A stretch of 63,959 bases of DNA, the filler included, from Octopus bimaculoides (taxonomy: Eukaryota): the NCBI RefSeq assembly GCF_001194135.2. It is 9 parts of 8 records of this genome, joined end to end, with 100 filler letters (N's around TTAATTAATTAA, not from the genome) between each part and the next. Parts side by side here need not be neighbours in the genome. Positions count along the whole stretch, not along the records: positions 11,819 to 23,666 come from NC_069009.1; positions 23,767 to 32,151 come from NC_068990.1; 7 more parts are not named here. One strand, given 5' to 3'. Position numbers and translations under genes: made by a program. Shown here one piece after another: positions 12,750-24,394 of the stretch. Numbering within the stretch: position 1 is the stretch's first letter; every line of letters starts with the position of its first letter. The notes beneath the pieces were generated by a model, which saw only the letters and a list, made by a program, of their open reading frames with translations, made no database searches and was not told where the DNA came from.

Positions 12750-13989
12750 TTTAACCAACTACAACCATCTCCAGCAGCTTGCAAATGATCGTCACCTTTT
12801 CTAAAGAACTTAAACATTTCCACCATTTTCTAACCATTTCTAACCATTCTCAAATAATTTTAATCAATTTCTAATAATTTCCAATTGGTTCCAACTTTTT
12901 CTAAAAAAAAGTTCAGCCATTTCCAAAAGCTTCTAAATACTTCTAACAATTCCTAAATACTTTTAAACAAATTTCAATTATTTCTAGCAACTTCTGATTG
13001 GTTCCAATCTTTTGCAAAAAAGTTTCAACCATTTCCAAGAACTTCCGACCCATCTTAAATAATTTTAACCAATTTCAACAATTCTTAACAATTTCCATTT
13101 TGTTCCAAACATTTACAATTAATTTCAGCCATTTTCAACTTCTAACCATTTGTAAATATTTTAACCAGTTTCAGACATCTCTGGCAACTTCCAATTGGTT
13201 CCAAACATTTCTAAAGAATTTCAACCATTTCCAACAACTTCTAATCAGTTTTAACCTTTCTTAATTACATTTAACCAATTTCAATTAGTTTTAACTGTTA
13301 TTGATCGGTTCCAACCTTTTCTAAAGAATTTCAGTCATTTCCAACAACTTCTAACCGTTCCTACCAACTTCAAACGTTACCAACAAATTCTAAGCATTTT
13401 CAAATAATTCTATCCACTTTAAACCATTTTGACCAATTTCAACTATTTTTTAAACTGTTCCAACCATTTTGGCCTTCTTTTAACAATTTTCAACAAGTCC
13501 CAACCATTTCCAACTGCTTCTAGTCAATCTTAATCATTTTAACCAATTCAGACTATCTCTATATACTTAAAAATATTAACATAGATTTTTAACTGGCTTC
13601 AAGTTATTTCCAGCATTTTCCAACCATTTCCAATAAGTTCTGATTGGTTCAAATCATTTCCAAAGAATTTCAACCATTTCCAACATATTCTAATCATTTC
13701 TGCTTCAAACCACTATTTTCTAAACACTTCCAACTGCTTCAATCAACTCTTAACCATTTGCTACATTTTCCAGCCATTTCCAACTGCTTCCAACCAATTG
13801 TAGCCATTTGAACTAATTTTCTTTCCAGCCACTTATAAGATCCATAAGCAATTTTGACCTAATTCTAATCAAGTTCATCCATTTTCAAATTCTTAAAATC
13901 ATTTCCAACTATTTCTGACCTCTTCCAACCAATTTCACCCATTTCAAACATCTAACCGTTTTCAATGATTTCTGACCACTTCCAACCAA
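12750..13989. repeat. Degenerate tandem repeat of ~10-11 bp units (AACCATTTCC-like) with a ~110-bp higher-order period
   Basis: ttggttccaa...aagaatttcaaccatttccaacaacttctaa blocks recur near 12885, 12998, 13196, 13306 and 13645. The plus strand is nearly devoid of G. Confidence 0.8.
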
Positions 13990-14015
13990 TTGGTTGGAAG
14001 TGGTCAAGTAAAAGA

Positions 14016-14048
<33 letters not shown>

Positions 14049-14492
14049 NNNNNNNNNNNNNNNNNNNNNNNNNNNNNNNNNNNNNNNNNNNNNNNNNNNN
14101 NNNNNNNNNNNNNNNNNNNNNNNNNNNNNNNNNNNNNNNNNNNNNNNNNNNNNNNNNNNNNNNNNNNNNNNNNNNNNNNNNNNNNNNNNNNNNNNNNNNN
14201 NNNNNNNNNNNNNNNNNNNNNNNNNNNNNNNNNNNNNNNNNNNNNNNNNNNNNNNNNNNNNNNNNNNNNNNNNNNNNNNNNNNNNNNNNNNNNNNNNNNN
14301 NNNNNNNNNNNNNNNNNNNNNNNNNNNNNNNNNNNNNNNNNNNNNNNNNNNNNNNNNNNNNNNNNNNNNNNNNNNNNNNNNNNNNNNNNNNNNNNNNNNN
14401 NNNNNNNNNNNNNNNNNNNNNNNNNNNNNNNNNNNNNNNNNNNNNNNNNNNNNNNNNNNNNNNNNNNNNNNNNNNNNNNNNNNNNNNNNNNN

Positions 14493-14525
<33 letters not shown>

Positions 14526-14544
14526 GCATACATACATACACACA

Positions 14545-14720
14545 AAATCACAAAATATATACAATGGACCTCTTTCAGTTTCTGTCTACCAAATCCACTC
14601 ACAAGGCTTTGGTTGCCCCAAAGCTATAGTTAAAGACACTTCCTCAAGGTGCCATGCAGTGGGACTGAACCCAGAATTTTGTAGTTGGGAAGCAAGCTTC
14701 TTAACACATAACCACGCCTG
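14545..14720 (-). mobile_element. SINE family A 5' half
   Basis: tctttcagtttctgtctaccaaatccactcacaaggctttgg...gcagtgggactgaacc. Confidence 0.85.
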
Positions 14721-14744
14721 CACCTTTTGTTTACAAAGATCACA

Positions 14745-14975
14745 CAACATATCTATTTCTTTATTGGCCACAGGGGACTAAACATAGAAGGGACAAACAA
14801 GGTCAGACAAAGGGATTACATCGATCCCAATGCATAACTGGTACTTATTTAATCGACCCCGAAAGGATGAAAGGCAAAGCCAATCTCAGCAGAATTTGAA
14901 CTCGGGATGGTACAGCAGATGAAATACCGCTAAGCATTTTGCCCAGCGTGCTAACAATTCTACCGGCTCGCCGCC
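14745..14975 (-). mobile_element. SINE family B, full, tail type 1
   Basis: tctttattggccacaggggactaaacatagaagggacaaac...cggctcgccgcc aligns with the 17874-18110 unit. Confidence 0.85.
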
Positions 14976-15221
14976 CTGTGAACTGTAAACCAACAATAAA
15001 GCCCTTATGAACAGTGCTGTGTTTGTTTACAGTCAGGAAACACACCTGAAGATGAGGAGAAATATGAACTCCATCACACAAATGTACTTATCATTCTCCC
15101 AGCGTGCAATTTGCTTATGGTTATGTGGAGAACTGGAAACAAATAATATAAATTGGATGAGCATTTTGTTTACACAAATCACACAACATGTTAACATATA
15201 TCAAAGAGTCTAGAATTACTG

Positions 15222-15353
15222 TGGTGGACCACATGGTTCTGAGTTCAGTCCGACTGCGTGGCACCTTGGGCAAGTGTCTTCTACTATAGCCTCGGGCCGA
15301 CCAAAGCCTTGTGAGTGGATTTGGTAGACGGAAACTGAAAGAAGCCCGTCGTA

Positions 15354-15415
<62 letters not shown>

Positions 15416-15619
15416 CTTGTCCCCCCCTACCATCGCTTGACAACCGATGCTGGTGTGTTTACGTCCCCGTAACTTAGCGGTTCGGCAAAAAGAGACCGAT
15501 AGAATAAGTGCTAGGCTTACAAAGAATAAATCTCGGGGGCCGATTTGCTCGACTAAAAGCGGTGCTCCAGCATGGCCGCAGTCAAATGACTGAAACAAGT
15601 AAAAAAGAGTAAAAGAGTA
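15222..15619 (+). mobile_element. SINE family A with internal (TA)n(TG)n
   Basis: ccacatggttctgagttcagtcc...ggcaccttgggcaagtgtcttc (CORE-like)...tgactgaaacaagtaaaaaagagtaaaagagta. Confidence 0.9.
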
Positions 15620-15945
15620 ATCAACAGAGCCTTTATAAACAGTGGTATATTTTAAAAAATCAATAGAGCAACAGAATATATATCAAAGGCAAAATATTCA
15701 CCACTTAAAAGTGGATGTGTTAGAATACACAAATATGGCGATATTTACCAAGAGAGAAATTCTCATATGGTTATTTGGTGCATAAAGGCACATCAAAGCT
15801 ATTGCCAGCAGCAAATAATCGCTGTTACATCCGCTGCGAGATCATGTGATTTGAGCCTTGTTTGTTGTTTACAGTCAGCAAACACCCATGAGGATGAAGA
15901 GAAATATGGACTCAGTCACACAAACACAGATATATTTCATCATTT

Positions 15946-16713
15946 TACTGGGAAGTATCAAAACGTTCCTGGGCTGGCTCTGTAGCGCACCAACAGATGG
16001 CAGCACATGGTTGCCTGTGCACTGAGGGATAGCAGTGACCTTCATGAGGCAGTGTGTTGAGTGACATTGCTGTGTCTACTTCACAAGTTGTGAAATTTGT
16101 GTTTTTGTGATTATGTGTATGCTGTGATTTTGTCATTGGAACAGAGACATGAATTTTGAACAACATTCATTTATTCATTTATGTGTTTCAGCCAAGTGGC
16201 TGCGGTCATGCTGGTGCACCAACAATAAAAATTTTGTGTTAAACATAGGAAGTCTGCTACAGAGACATTGAGCATGATTTAGCAAGCTTACAACAATGAG
16301 GTAATGGGTCGTACATAGGCACTTGAAAAGTGGAAGAACATCCCTGAAAGACAATGGACAATCTAGAAGACCTGCCATGAGCATCACAAACTGGAAATAT
16401 GGTTTTGTGCATTGAGAATTCATTCCCCAGGGCCAGATAATCAATCGAAAGTTCTACTGCAATGTTTTGAAGCATTTGAGGGAGGACATTTGGCGAAAGC
16501 CACTGAATCTGTGGAATGTGAGAAATTGGATTCCTTATAATAGGCGTAGGAGTGGCTGTGTGGTAAGTAGCTTGCTTACCAACCACATGGTTCTGGGTTC
16601 AGTCCCACTGCGTGGCACCTTGGGCAAGTGTCTTCTACTATAGCCTCGGGCCGACCAAAGCCTTGTGAGTGGATTTGATAGATGGAAACTGAAAGAAGCC
16701 CGTCATATATATG

Positions 16714-16744
<31 letters not shown>

Positions 16745-17317
16745 TTGTGTGTCTGTGTTTGTTCCCCCAACATCGCTTGACAACCGATGCTGGTGTGTTT
16801 ACGTCCCCGTAACTTAGCGGTTCGGCAAAAGAGACTGATAGAATAAGTACTAGGCTTCCAAAGAATAAGTCCTGGGGTCGATTTGCTCGACTAAAGGCGG
16901 TGCTCCAGCATGGCCACAGTCAAATGACTGAAACAAGTAAAAGAGTAAAAGAGTATAACAATGTACCTTGTCACCAAGCTCTCCTCGTTCATGAGTTTCT
17001 TGCTAAAACATCATGGTATCTCTTCTGCACCCACCCTATTCACTAGATTTAGCACTTGTGGACTTTAATCTTTTCCTCAAGATGAAAATACAGCCCATAG
17101 GTTGCCATTTTAACACTATTGTTAAATCACAGAAGGTCCTCAATTCGCCAATGGAAAACGACTTCCAGGCTGTTTCCAAAACTGACAGGAATACTGCAAC
17201 TGGTGTACTGCTGCAGAAGGTAACCGTTTTAAAGGAGGTTCATGTTAAAATTTAGGTGAATAAGTTATTTTTTATTAAACATAACTGGTCCCAGAAACTT
17301 CTTGATGCCACCTCGTA
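15946..17317 (+). mobile_element. Internally deleted mariner transposon fossil interrupted by SINE insertions
   Basis: TA-flanked TIRs (tactgggaagtatcaaaacgttcctggg / gtcccagaaacttcttgatgccacctcgta). Peptides KFCVKHRKSATETLSMI, EFIPQGQIIN..FYCNVLKHLRE, NNVPCH, HPPYSLDLALVDFNLFLKMK (YSPDLAP motif). Confidence 0.9.
16542..16953 (+). mobile_element. Full-length SINE family A nested in mariner
   Basis: Head ggcgtaggagtggctgtgtggtaagtagc to tail aagtaaaagagtaaaagag. TATAA duplicated at 16536-16540 and 16954-16958. Confidence 0.92.
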
Positions 17318-17444
17318 ATGTCTATTTTCCGTGCTTTCATAGGACAGATGAATCTCTATGTTGAGGCACTGATGCCTTCAGTCAGTGGTTCCAACTCCGA
17401 TCTGTTTCCAAGCAAGGTAAAGAATCCTAAAAATGCTCTATTCT

Positions 17445-18110
17445 TATTTCTTTACTGCTCACAAGGGGCTAAACATAGAGGGGACAAACAAGGACAGACA
17501 AAGGGATTAAGTCAATTACATCGACCCCAGTGTGTAACTGGTACTTAATTTATCAACCCCGAAAGTATGAAAGGCATAACCGACCTCGGTGGAATTTGAA
17601 CTCAAAACGTAACGGCAGACGAAATACCGCTAAGCATTTCACCCGGTGTGCTAACATTTCTTATTTCTTTATTGCCCACAAGGGGCTAAACATAGAGGGG
17701 ACAAACAAGGACAGACAAAGGGATTAAGTCAATTACATCGCCCCCAGTGCGTAATTGGTACTTAATTTATCGACCCCGAAAGGATGAAAGGCATAGCCGA
17801 CCTTGGCGGAATTTGAACTCAGAACGTAGCGGCAGACGAAATACTGCTAAGCATTTCACCCGGCGTGCTAACATTTCTTATTTCTTTATTGCCCACAAGG
17901 GGCTAAACATAGAGGGGACAAACAAGGACAGACAAAGGGATTAAGTCAATTACATCGACCTCAGTGCATAACTTGTACTTAATTTATCGACCCTGAAAGG
18001 ATGAAAGGCAAAGTCGACCTCGGTGGAATTTGAACTCAGAACATAACGGCAGATGAAATACCGCTAAGCATTTCGTCCGGCGTGCTAACGTTTCTGCCAG
18101 CTCGCCACCT
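17445..18110 (-). mobile_element. Tandem trimer of SINE family B (~217-bp units)
   Basis: Three near-identical units start near 17440, 17657 and 17874. Only the last retains the ctgccagctcgccacct 5' end. Flanked by aa(a/g)aatgctctattct. Confidence 0.92.
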
Positions 18111-18499
18111 AAGAATGCTCTATTCTACCGAACAACAAACAGCCTGGACATAAATACACAGAGAACACTAAATAAACGACACTGTTTGAATGTGTTTTGT
18201 TTACAATCAGCCAACATGTAAAGACAAGGCACAGGTTATCGGAGGAAAATATGAACTTGCTCACAGAAACGCAAGCACACAGCATAGACATAAATAGACA
18301 AGGATGCTAGAGAGATGTGAGGTGTGTATAATGTTGGGTGTATATTGTTGATTTATATAGTTATGGGACAAGGGGTGTTGAATGTGGAAAAAATCTGTGG
18401 GTGTCAGAGAAAAATAAGGTGTATGAAATGTGTTGGGTGCATAACATTAATGTGGATAACAGTAAGGACTTGGTTGTTGAATGGGGAAAAATCTCCAGA

Positions 18500-19215
18500 G
18501 GTGGGGGGGAAACGATGAGGCAGAGGAGGAGGAGGAGGAAGCTGCTGCTACCAACAATAACAGTAGTGGTGATGGTGGTGGTGTTGGTGGTGGTGGTGGT
18601 GATGATGACATTAACAATGATCACGACAGTGGTGACAATGGTGATGGTAGTAGTGGTGGTGGTGGTGATGATGATGATGATGACAATATGTGATGGTACT
18701 GTTGATAATGATGGTGATATTAATGATGATGATATTAATGATGATGATATTAATGATGATGATATTAATGATGATGATATTAATGATGATGATNNNNNNN
18801 NNNATTAATGATGATGATATTAATGATGATGATATTAATGATGATGATATTAATGATGATGATATTAATGATGATGATATTAACGATGATGATATTTATG
18901 ATGATCGTGATGGTGATGAAGATGAGTGGTAGTGATGTTGATGATGACAACACTGATGATGACAATAAGGATGGTGGTGATGTTGACAGTGGTGGTGATG
19001 GTGATGATGACAATAAGGATGATGGTGATGGTGATGGTGATGATGACAATAAGGATGATGGTGATGGTGATGATGACATTAATGATGACCATGATGGTAG
19101 TGGTTGTGGCGGTGGCAGGTGATGACAGCTTTGGTGGTGACAGTGGTGGTTGTGGTTGTGGTGGTGGTGTTGTTGATGGTGGTGGTAGCATTGTTATTGA
19201 TGGTGGTGGTGGTGA
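18500..19215. repeat. GAT/GGT low-complexity tract with a (GATGATGATATTAAT)n 15-mer array at ~18715-18895
   Basis: Directly visible repeats with a small gap inside. Confidence 0.9.
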
Positions 19216-19249
19216 TGTATCTGAAACAAAAGCCAACAGGATAAATGAC

Positions 19250-19400
19250 AACACCCCCTACAAACCAACTGCTCCTTACCTACATACATACCCACCTACC
19301 TCCACCTCCTCTGTGCCCAGATGACTCTCTAGAGGCCCCTACATATGCCCTTCTCTCTTTATGAAAACACATCATGATCATCAGTCTTACATTGGATCCC
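19250..19400 (+). mobile_element. Penelope-like fragment
   Basis: YKPTAPYLHT..PTSTSSVPR resembles PLE YKPTD...YLH..S.HP....SIP. Confidence 0.3.
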
Positions 19401-19447
19401 TTGATGATGACATAGCTGGCCAAAACTTCAAAGTCACTGCCAAGGGG

Positions 19448-19605
19448 CAGGGGTGGCTGTGTGGTAAGTAGCTTGCTTACCAACCACATGGTTCCAGGTT
19501 CAGTCCCTCTGCATGGCACCTTGGGAAAGTGTCTTCTACTATAGCCTAAGGCTGACCAAAGGCTTGTGAGTAGACTTAGTAGACAGAAACTGAAAGAAGC
19601 CCATC

Positions 19606-19606
<1 letters not shown>
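19448..19606 (+). mobile_element. SINE family A 5' half running into (TA)n and a gap
   Basis: gggtggctgtgtggtaagtagcttgcttaccaaccacatgg...gaaagaagcccatcg. Confidence 0.88.
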
Positions 19607-19638
<32 letters not shown>

Positions 19639-20307
19639 NNNNNNNNNNNNNNNNNNNNNNNNNNNNNNNNNNNNNNNNNNNNNNNNNNNNNNNNNNNNNN
19701 NNNNNNNNNNNNNNNNNNNNNNNNNNNNNNNNNNNNNNNNNNNNNNNNNNNNNNNNNNNNNNNNNNNNNNNNNNNNNNNNNNNNNNNNNNNNNNNNNNNN
19801 NNNNNNNNNNNNNNNNNNNNNNNNNNNNNNNNNNNNNNNNNNNNNNNNNNNNNNNNNNNNNNNNNNNNNNNNNNNNNNNNNNNNNNNNNNNNNNNNNNNN
19901 NNNNNNNNNNNNNNNNNNNNNNNNNNNNNNNNNNNNNNNNNNNNNNNNNNNNNNNNNNNNNNNNNNNNNNNNNNNNNNNNNNNNNNNNNNNNNNNNNNNN
20001 NNNNNNNNNNNNNNNNNNNNNNNNNNNNNNNNNNNNNNNNNNNNNNNNNNNNNNNNNNNNNNNNNNNNNNNNNNNNNNNNNNNNNNNNNNNNNNNNNNNN
20101 NNNNNNNNNNNNNNNNNNNNNNNNNNNNNNNNNNNNNNNNNNNNNNNNNNNNNNNNNNNNNNNNNNNNNNNNNNNNNNNNNNNNNNNNNNNNNNNNNNNN
20201 NNNNNNNNNNNNNNNNNNNNNNNNNNNNNNNNNNNNNNNNNNNNNNNNNNNNNNNNNNNNNNNNNNNNNNNNNNNNNNNNNNNNNNNNNNNNNNNNNNNN
20301 NNNNNNN

Positions 20308-20341
<34 letters not shown>

Positions 20342-20374
20342 TATATATACATATATATGTGTACAGGTACATGC

Positions 20375-20535
20375 GTGATGTGACTGTGTGGTAAGAACCT
20401 TGCTTCCCAACCAATTCATGGTTCCAGGTTCAGTCCCACTGCATGGCACCTTGCACAAGGGTCTTCTACTATTGCCTCGGGCTGACCAAAGCCTTGTGAG
20501 TGGATTTGTTAGATGAAAACTGAAAGAAGCCTGTC

Positions 20536-20566
<31 letters not shown>

Positions 20567-20710
20567 NNNNNNNNNNTCAGCAAAAGAGACCAATAGAATA
20601 GGTACTAGGCTTACAAAGAATAAGTCTTGGGTTCAGTTTGTTCGACTAAAGGTGGTGCTCCAGCATGGCTGCAGTCAAATGACTGAAAACAAGTAAACGA
20701 GTGAAAGAGT
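20375..20710 (+). mobile_element. SINE family A
   Basis: gtgactgtgtggtaagaacc...gactgaaaacaagtaaacgagtgaaagag. Confidence 0.85.
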
Positions 20711-21209
20711 AATACTATTCTTTTAACGAATAATAAATTTATACTCTACCAGCTGTATTGAGTAATCTTTCAGTTTGATGTAAAATTGGTTTTATTATAA
20801 CATAAAAACAAATATTTATATATNNNNNNNNNNNNNNNNNNNNNNNNNNNNNNNNNNNNNNNNNNNNNNNNNNNNNNNNNNNNNNNNNNNNNNNNNNNNN
20901 NNNNNNNNNNNNNNNNNNNNNNNNNNNNNNNNNNNNNNNNNNNNNNNNNNNNNNNNNNNNNNNNNNNNNNNNNNNNNNNNNNNNNNNNNNNNNNNNNNNN
21001 NNNNNNNNNNNNNNNNNNNNNNNNNNNNNNNNNNNNNNNNNNNNNNNNNNNNNNNNNNNNNNNNNNNNNNNNNNNNNNNNNNNNNNNNNNNNNNNNNNNN
21101 NNNNNNNNNNNNNNNNNNNNNNNNNNNNNNNNNNNNNNNNNNNNNNNNNNNNNNNNNNNNNNNNNNNNNNNNNNNNNNNATATATATATATATATATATA
21201 TATATACAT

Positions 21210-21772
21210 GAACTCAAACCAAATTCGACGACTGGCACCCATGCCAACCTTTCCTTCTTCAATTTTGATTTCACTTGAGGCAAGTGAAATCAAAATTGAA
21301 CCAAATTCGATGACTGGCACCTGTGCCAGTGGAGCGCTAACAGCACCATCTGAGTGTGATTGTTGCCAGAGTAGCTGTCTGGCTTCCATGCCAGTGGCAC
21401 GTAAAAAGCACCATTTGAGCGTGATCGTTACCAGCGTCGCCTTGCTGGCACTTGTGCCAGTGGCACGTGAAAATACATTCGAGCAAGGTCGTTGCCAGTG
21501 CTGCTGGACTGGCTCCTGTGCAGGTGGCACATACAAAACAGCATTTGAGTGTGGCCGTTGCCAGTACCGCCTGACTGGCCCTCATTCTGGTGGCATGTAA
21601 AAGCACCCACTACACTCTAGGAGTGGTTGGTGTTAGGAAGGGCATCCAGCTGTAGAAACTCTGCCAGATGAGATTGGAGCCTGTTGCAGCCATCTGGTTC
21701 GCCAGTCCTCAGTCAAATCGTCCAACCCATGCTAGCATGGAAAGCGGACGTTAAATAATGATGATGATGATA
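21210..21772 (+). mobile_element. SINE-like family D with internal ~65-bp tandem units and (GAT)n tail
   Basis: Repeated gtgccagtggcacgtaaaaagcaccatttgagcg units, then taggaagggcatccagctgtagaaactctgcc...aagcggacgttaaataatgatgatg. Other copies near 25.9, 30.3 and 60.8 kb. Confidence 0.8.
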
Positions 21773-21834
21773 TATCTATATGAGATACATAGATACATAC
21801 ATGCCTACATACATACATACAAACACACATGCAC

Positions 21835-21985
21835 ACACATGTGCGTGATGGTCTTTCATACAGTTTCTGTCTGTTAAATTCACTTACAAGGCGTCCTGGG
21901 GCTATATTAAAAACAACACTTGCCTCAGAAGCCACACAGTGTAACTGAACCCTAAACCATGCAGTTGCCCAGCAAGCTGCTTAAC
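21835..21985 (-). mobile_element. SINE family A 5' half, degenerate
   Basis: tctttcatacagtttctgtc...cacttgcctcagaagccacacagtgtaactgaacc. Confidence 0.6.
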
Positions 21986-22279
21986 CACGGGGCCATGCCA
22001 GCACCGATGACCTCTTCATCTATCTGTCTTTCTCCCTCTATCTCTCTCTTTTTCATCCTTTAATATCAAGCTTCTTTGTAAACCTTCCTTGTTTCAAACA
22101 ACCCCTTCCCTATGTCACTATTCCCTCCCCCTTCATTCGCAATGTCTCCCTACCTTTGCTCCCCACTCTTCTACTCCTCCCCCCCCCCCCGGTCTCAGTA
22201 CCATCACAACCATTTCATATCTCAACCATCACTACACAATTCCCTTAACATCTCTCAACAAATGTCTGTCTGTATGTCT

Positions 22280-22472
22280 TTCTATACACACACACACATA
22301 TATGTATATACACATACACACAAATTTCATGTATGTGTATATGTAAGTATATACATATATATGAACATATGTATGTGTGTGTATATATATATACACACAC
22401 ACACATACATGCACATCCATATGTTCATATATATGTATATACTTACATATACACATACATGAAATTTGTGTG

Positions 22473-22526
<54 letters not shown>

Positions 22527-22700
22527 CGTATATATGTATGCACACACACACACACACATATATATAACATACAGGTATATATATGTGTGTGTGCATGTAT
22601 ATATACATATATATGTGTGTATATATATATATATATGTATATATATAAATATATACATATATTTATATATATATACATATGCTTATATATATATATATGT

Positions 22701-22751
<51 letters not shown>

Positions 22752-22866
22752 NNNNNNNNNNNNNNNNNNNNNNNNNNNNNNNNNNNNNNNNNNNNNNNNN
22801 NNNNNNNNNNNNNNNNNNNNNNNNNNNNNNNNNNNNNNNNNNNNNNNNNNNNNNNNNNNNNNNNNN

Positions 22867-22928
<62 letters not shown>

Positions 22929-23050
22929 TATATATATATGCATATATATACACATATATACATGTACATATATATATATACACACACACTCATATATATG
23001 CATGTACATATATACACACACACACACACATACAAACACACATGCACACA
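22280..23050. repeat. Compound (TA)n/(CA)n/(TG)n microsatellite
   Basis: Directly visible. It is the source of the YI/HT ORFs. Confidence 0.95.
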
Positions 23051-23571
23051 CAAACGCACCATTCTCACTCTCCTTCCCTGCATCCATTTTCCTCAACAAA
23101 GCCCTTCCCTCGCCCAAGTCGAGCCCACACCCACCCCACACACTGCACCCAGCCCCACTCAGCAACCCTCCTTGCCCTGCAAATCCCCTGTGTCCTCTAT
23201 ATTACCATTGTGCCCTCAAACAATACTACAGATATGACATTAAGGGGACTCAACGAAAATGGACACTAATTAGGTAGTCAACAAGAGACACACAGACAGA
23301 AATTAATCTGTTCATTAATCTTCACTGATTAATTACGAATCTTTCTTAATGAATAGATTAATCTGGATCCGTCTATTGATAATTTTATTGATAACCTCTT
23401 GTATGTTTTTATGTCTACCTATGTATGTACATGCATATGTATGTATACATATATGTATACATATATCTATCTATCTGTCAATCTATTTCTCTATTTCTCT
23501 ATCTAATTTTATGCATATATTTATACACATCCACACAGTATATATATATATATATGTATATATAAAACGAT

Positions 23572-23646
23572 AAACGTCGCCCTTTCAAAGCCTAGCCAGG
23601 CTCATGGGCCCGGTTTCCCAGTTTCTATGGCGTATGTGTTCCCCCC
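23572..23646 (-). mobile_element. SINE 3' tail fragment of another family (V-domain-like motif)
   Basis: The minus strand reads actggcatcccgtccagcttggggggaacacatacgcc, resembling the gactggcgtcccgtccagg motif. The family assignment is from recall. Confidence 0.3.
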
Positions 23647-23865
23647 AAGCTGGACGGGATGCCAGTNNNNNNNNNNNNNNNNNNNNNNNNNNNNNNNNNN
23701 NNNNNNNNNNTTAATTAATTAANNNNNNNNNNNNNNNNNNNNNNNNNNNNNNNNNNNNNNNNNNNNCATCACGCCAAACCTGTCACTCCGCGGCTCCATT
23801 AAAGATGGCTTTTAAAAAGCACAGCAACCAGACAGGAAAAATAAACAATACAGAATGAGTCATTT

Positions 23866-23924
<59 letters not shown>

Positions 23925-24180
23925 ATATGGCTGGGAAATAAGAGCAATTTGCCAAGCATAAAATTATAAAATTGTGTACGTTTATCATGAGGTATATGTT
24001 ACACTGGCAAACATACATACATACAAACCTAGACACATGTGTCTGTGTCAGTTTGTCTTCATGTACACACACACACACACACACACACACGCATATACAT
24101 ACATATATGCATACATTTATATATAAATATATATACATACACACATATACAGATGCACACACATATATATATGTATCTAT

Positions 24181-24227
<47 letters not shown>

Positions 24228-24394
24228 CATACACACACACACACACACACAGATATATATATATAGATAGATAATCATGGTGTAAATTTTATCCCAATAC
24301 AGGTGCAAATTGACATGTACATATGTGTATATGCGTGTGTGTACATATGCATATATATATATATGCATATATATATATATATACATACATACAT

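Noticed and set aside
18338-19254. Asp-rich (DDDIN)n frame resembling acidic biomineralisation proteins
   Set aside because: The Asp/Gly-rich frame shifts and is broken by stops, with no signal peptide or splice sites. The same GAT/GGT low complexity recurs elsewhere as non-coding sequence.
21300-21610. Repeat-spacer-like array suggesting CRISPR
   Set aside because: Eukaryotic context, the spacers are homologous to each other, there are no cas genes, and it is part of a dispersed retroposon.
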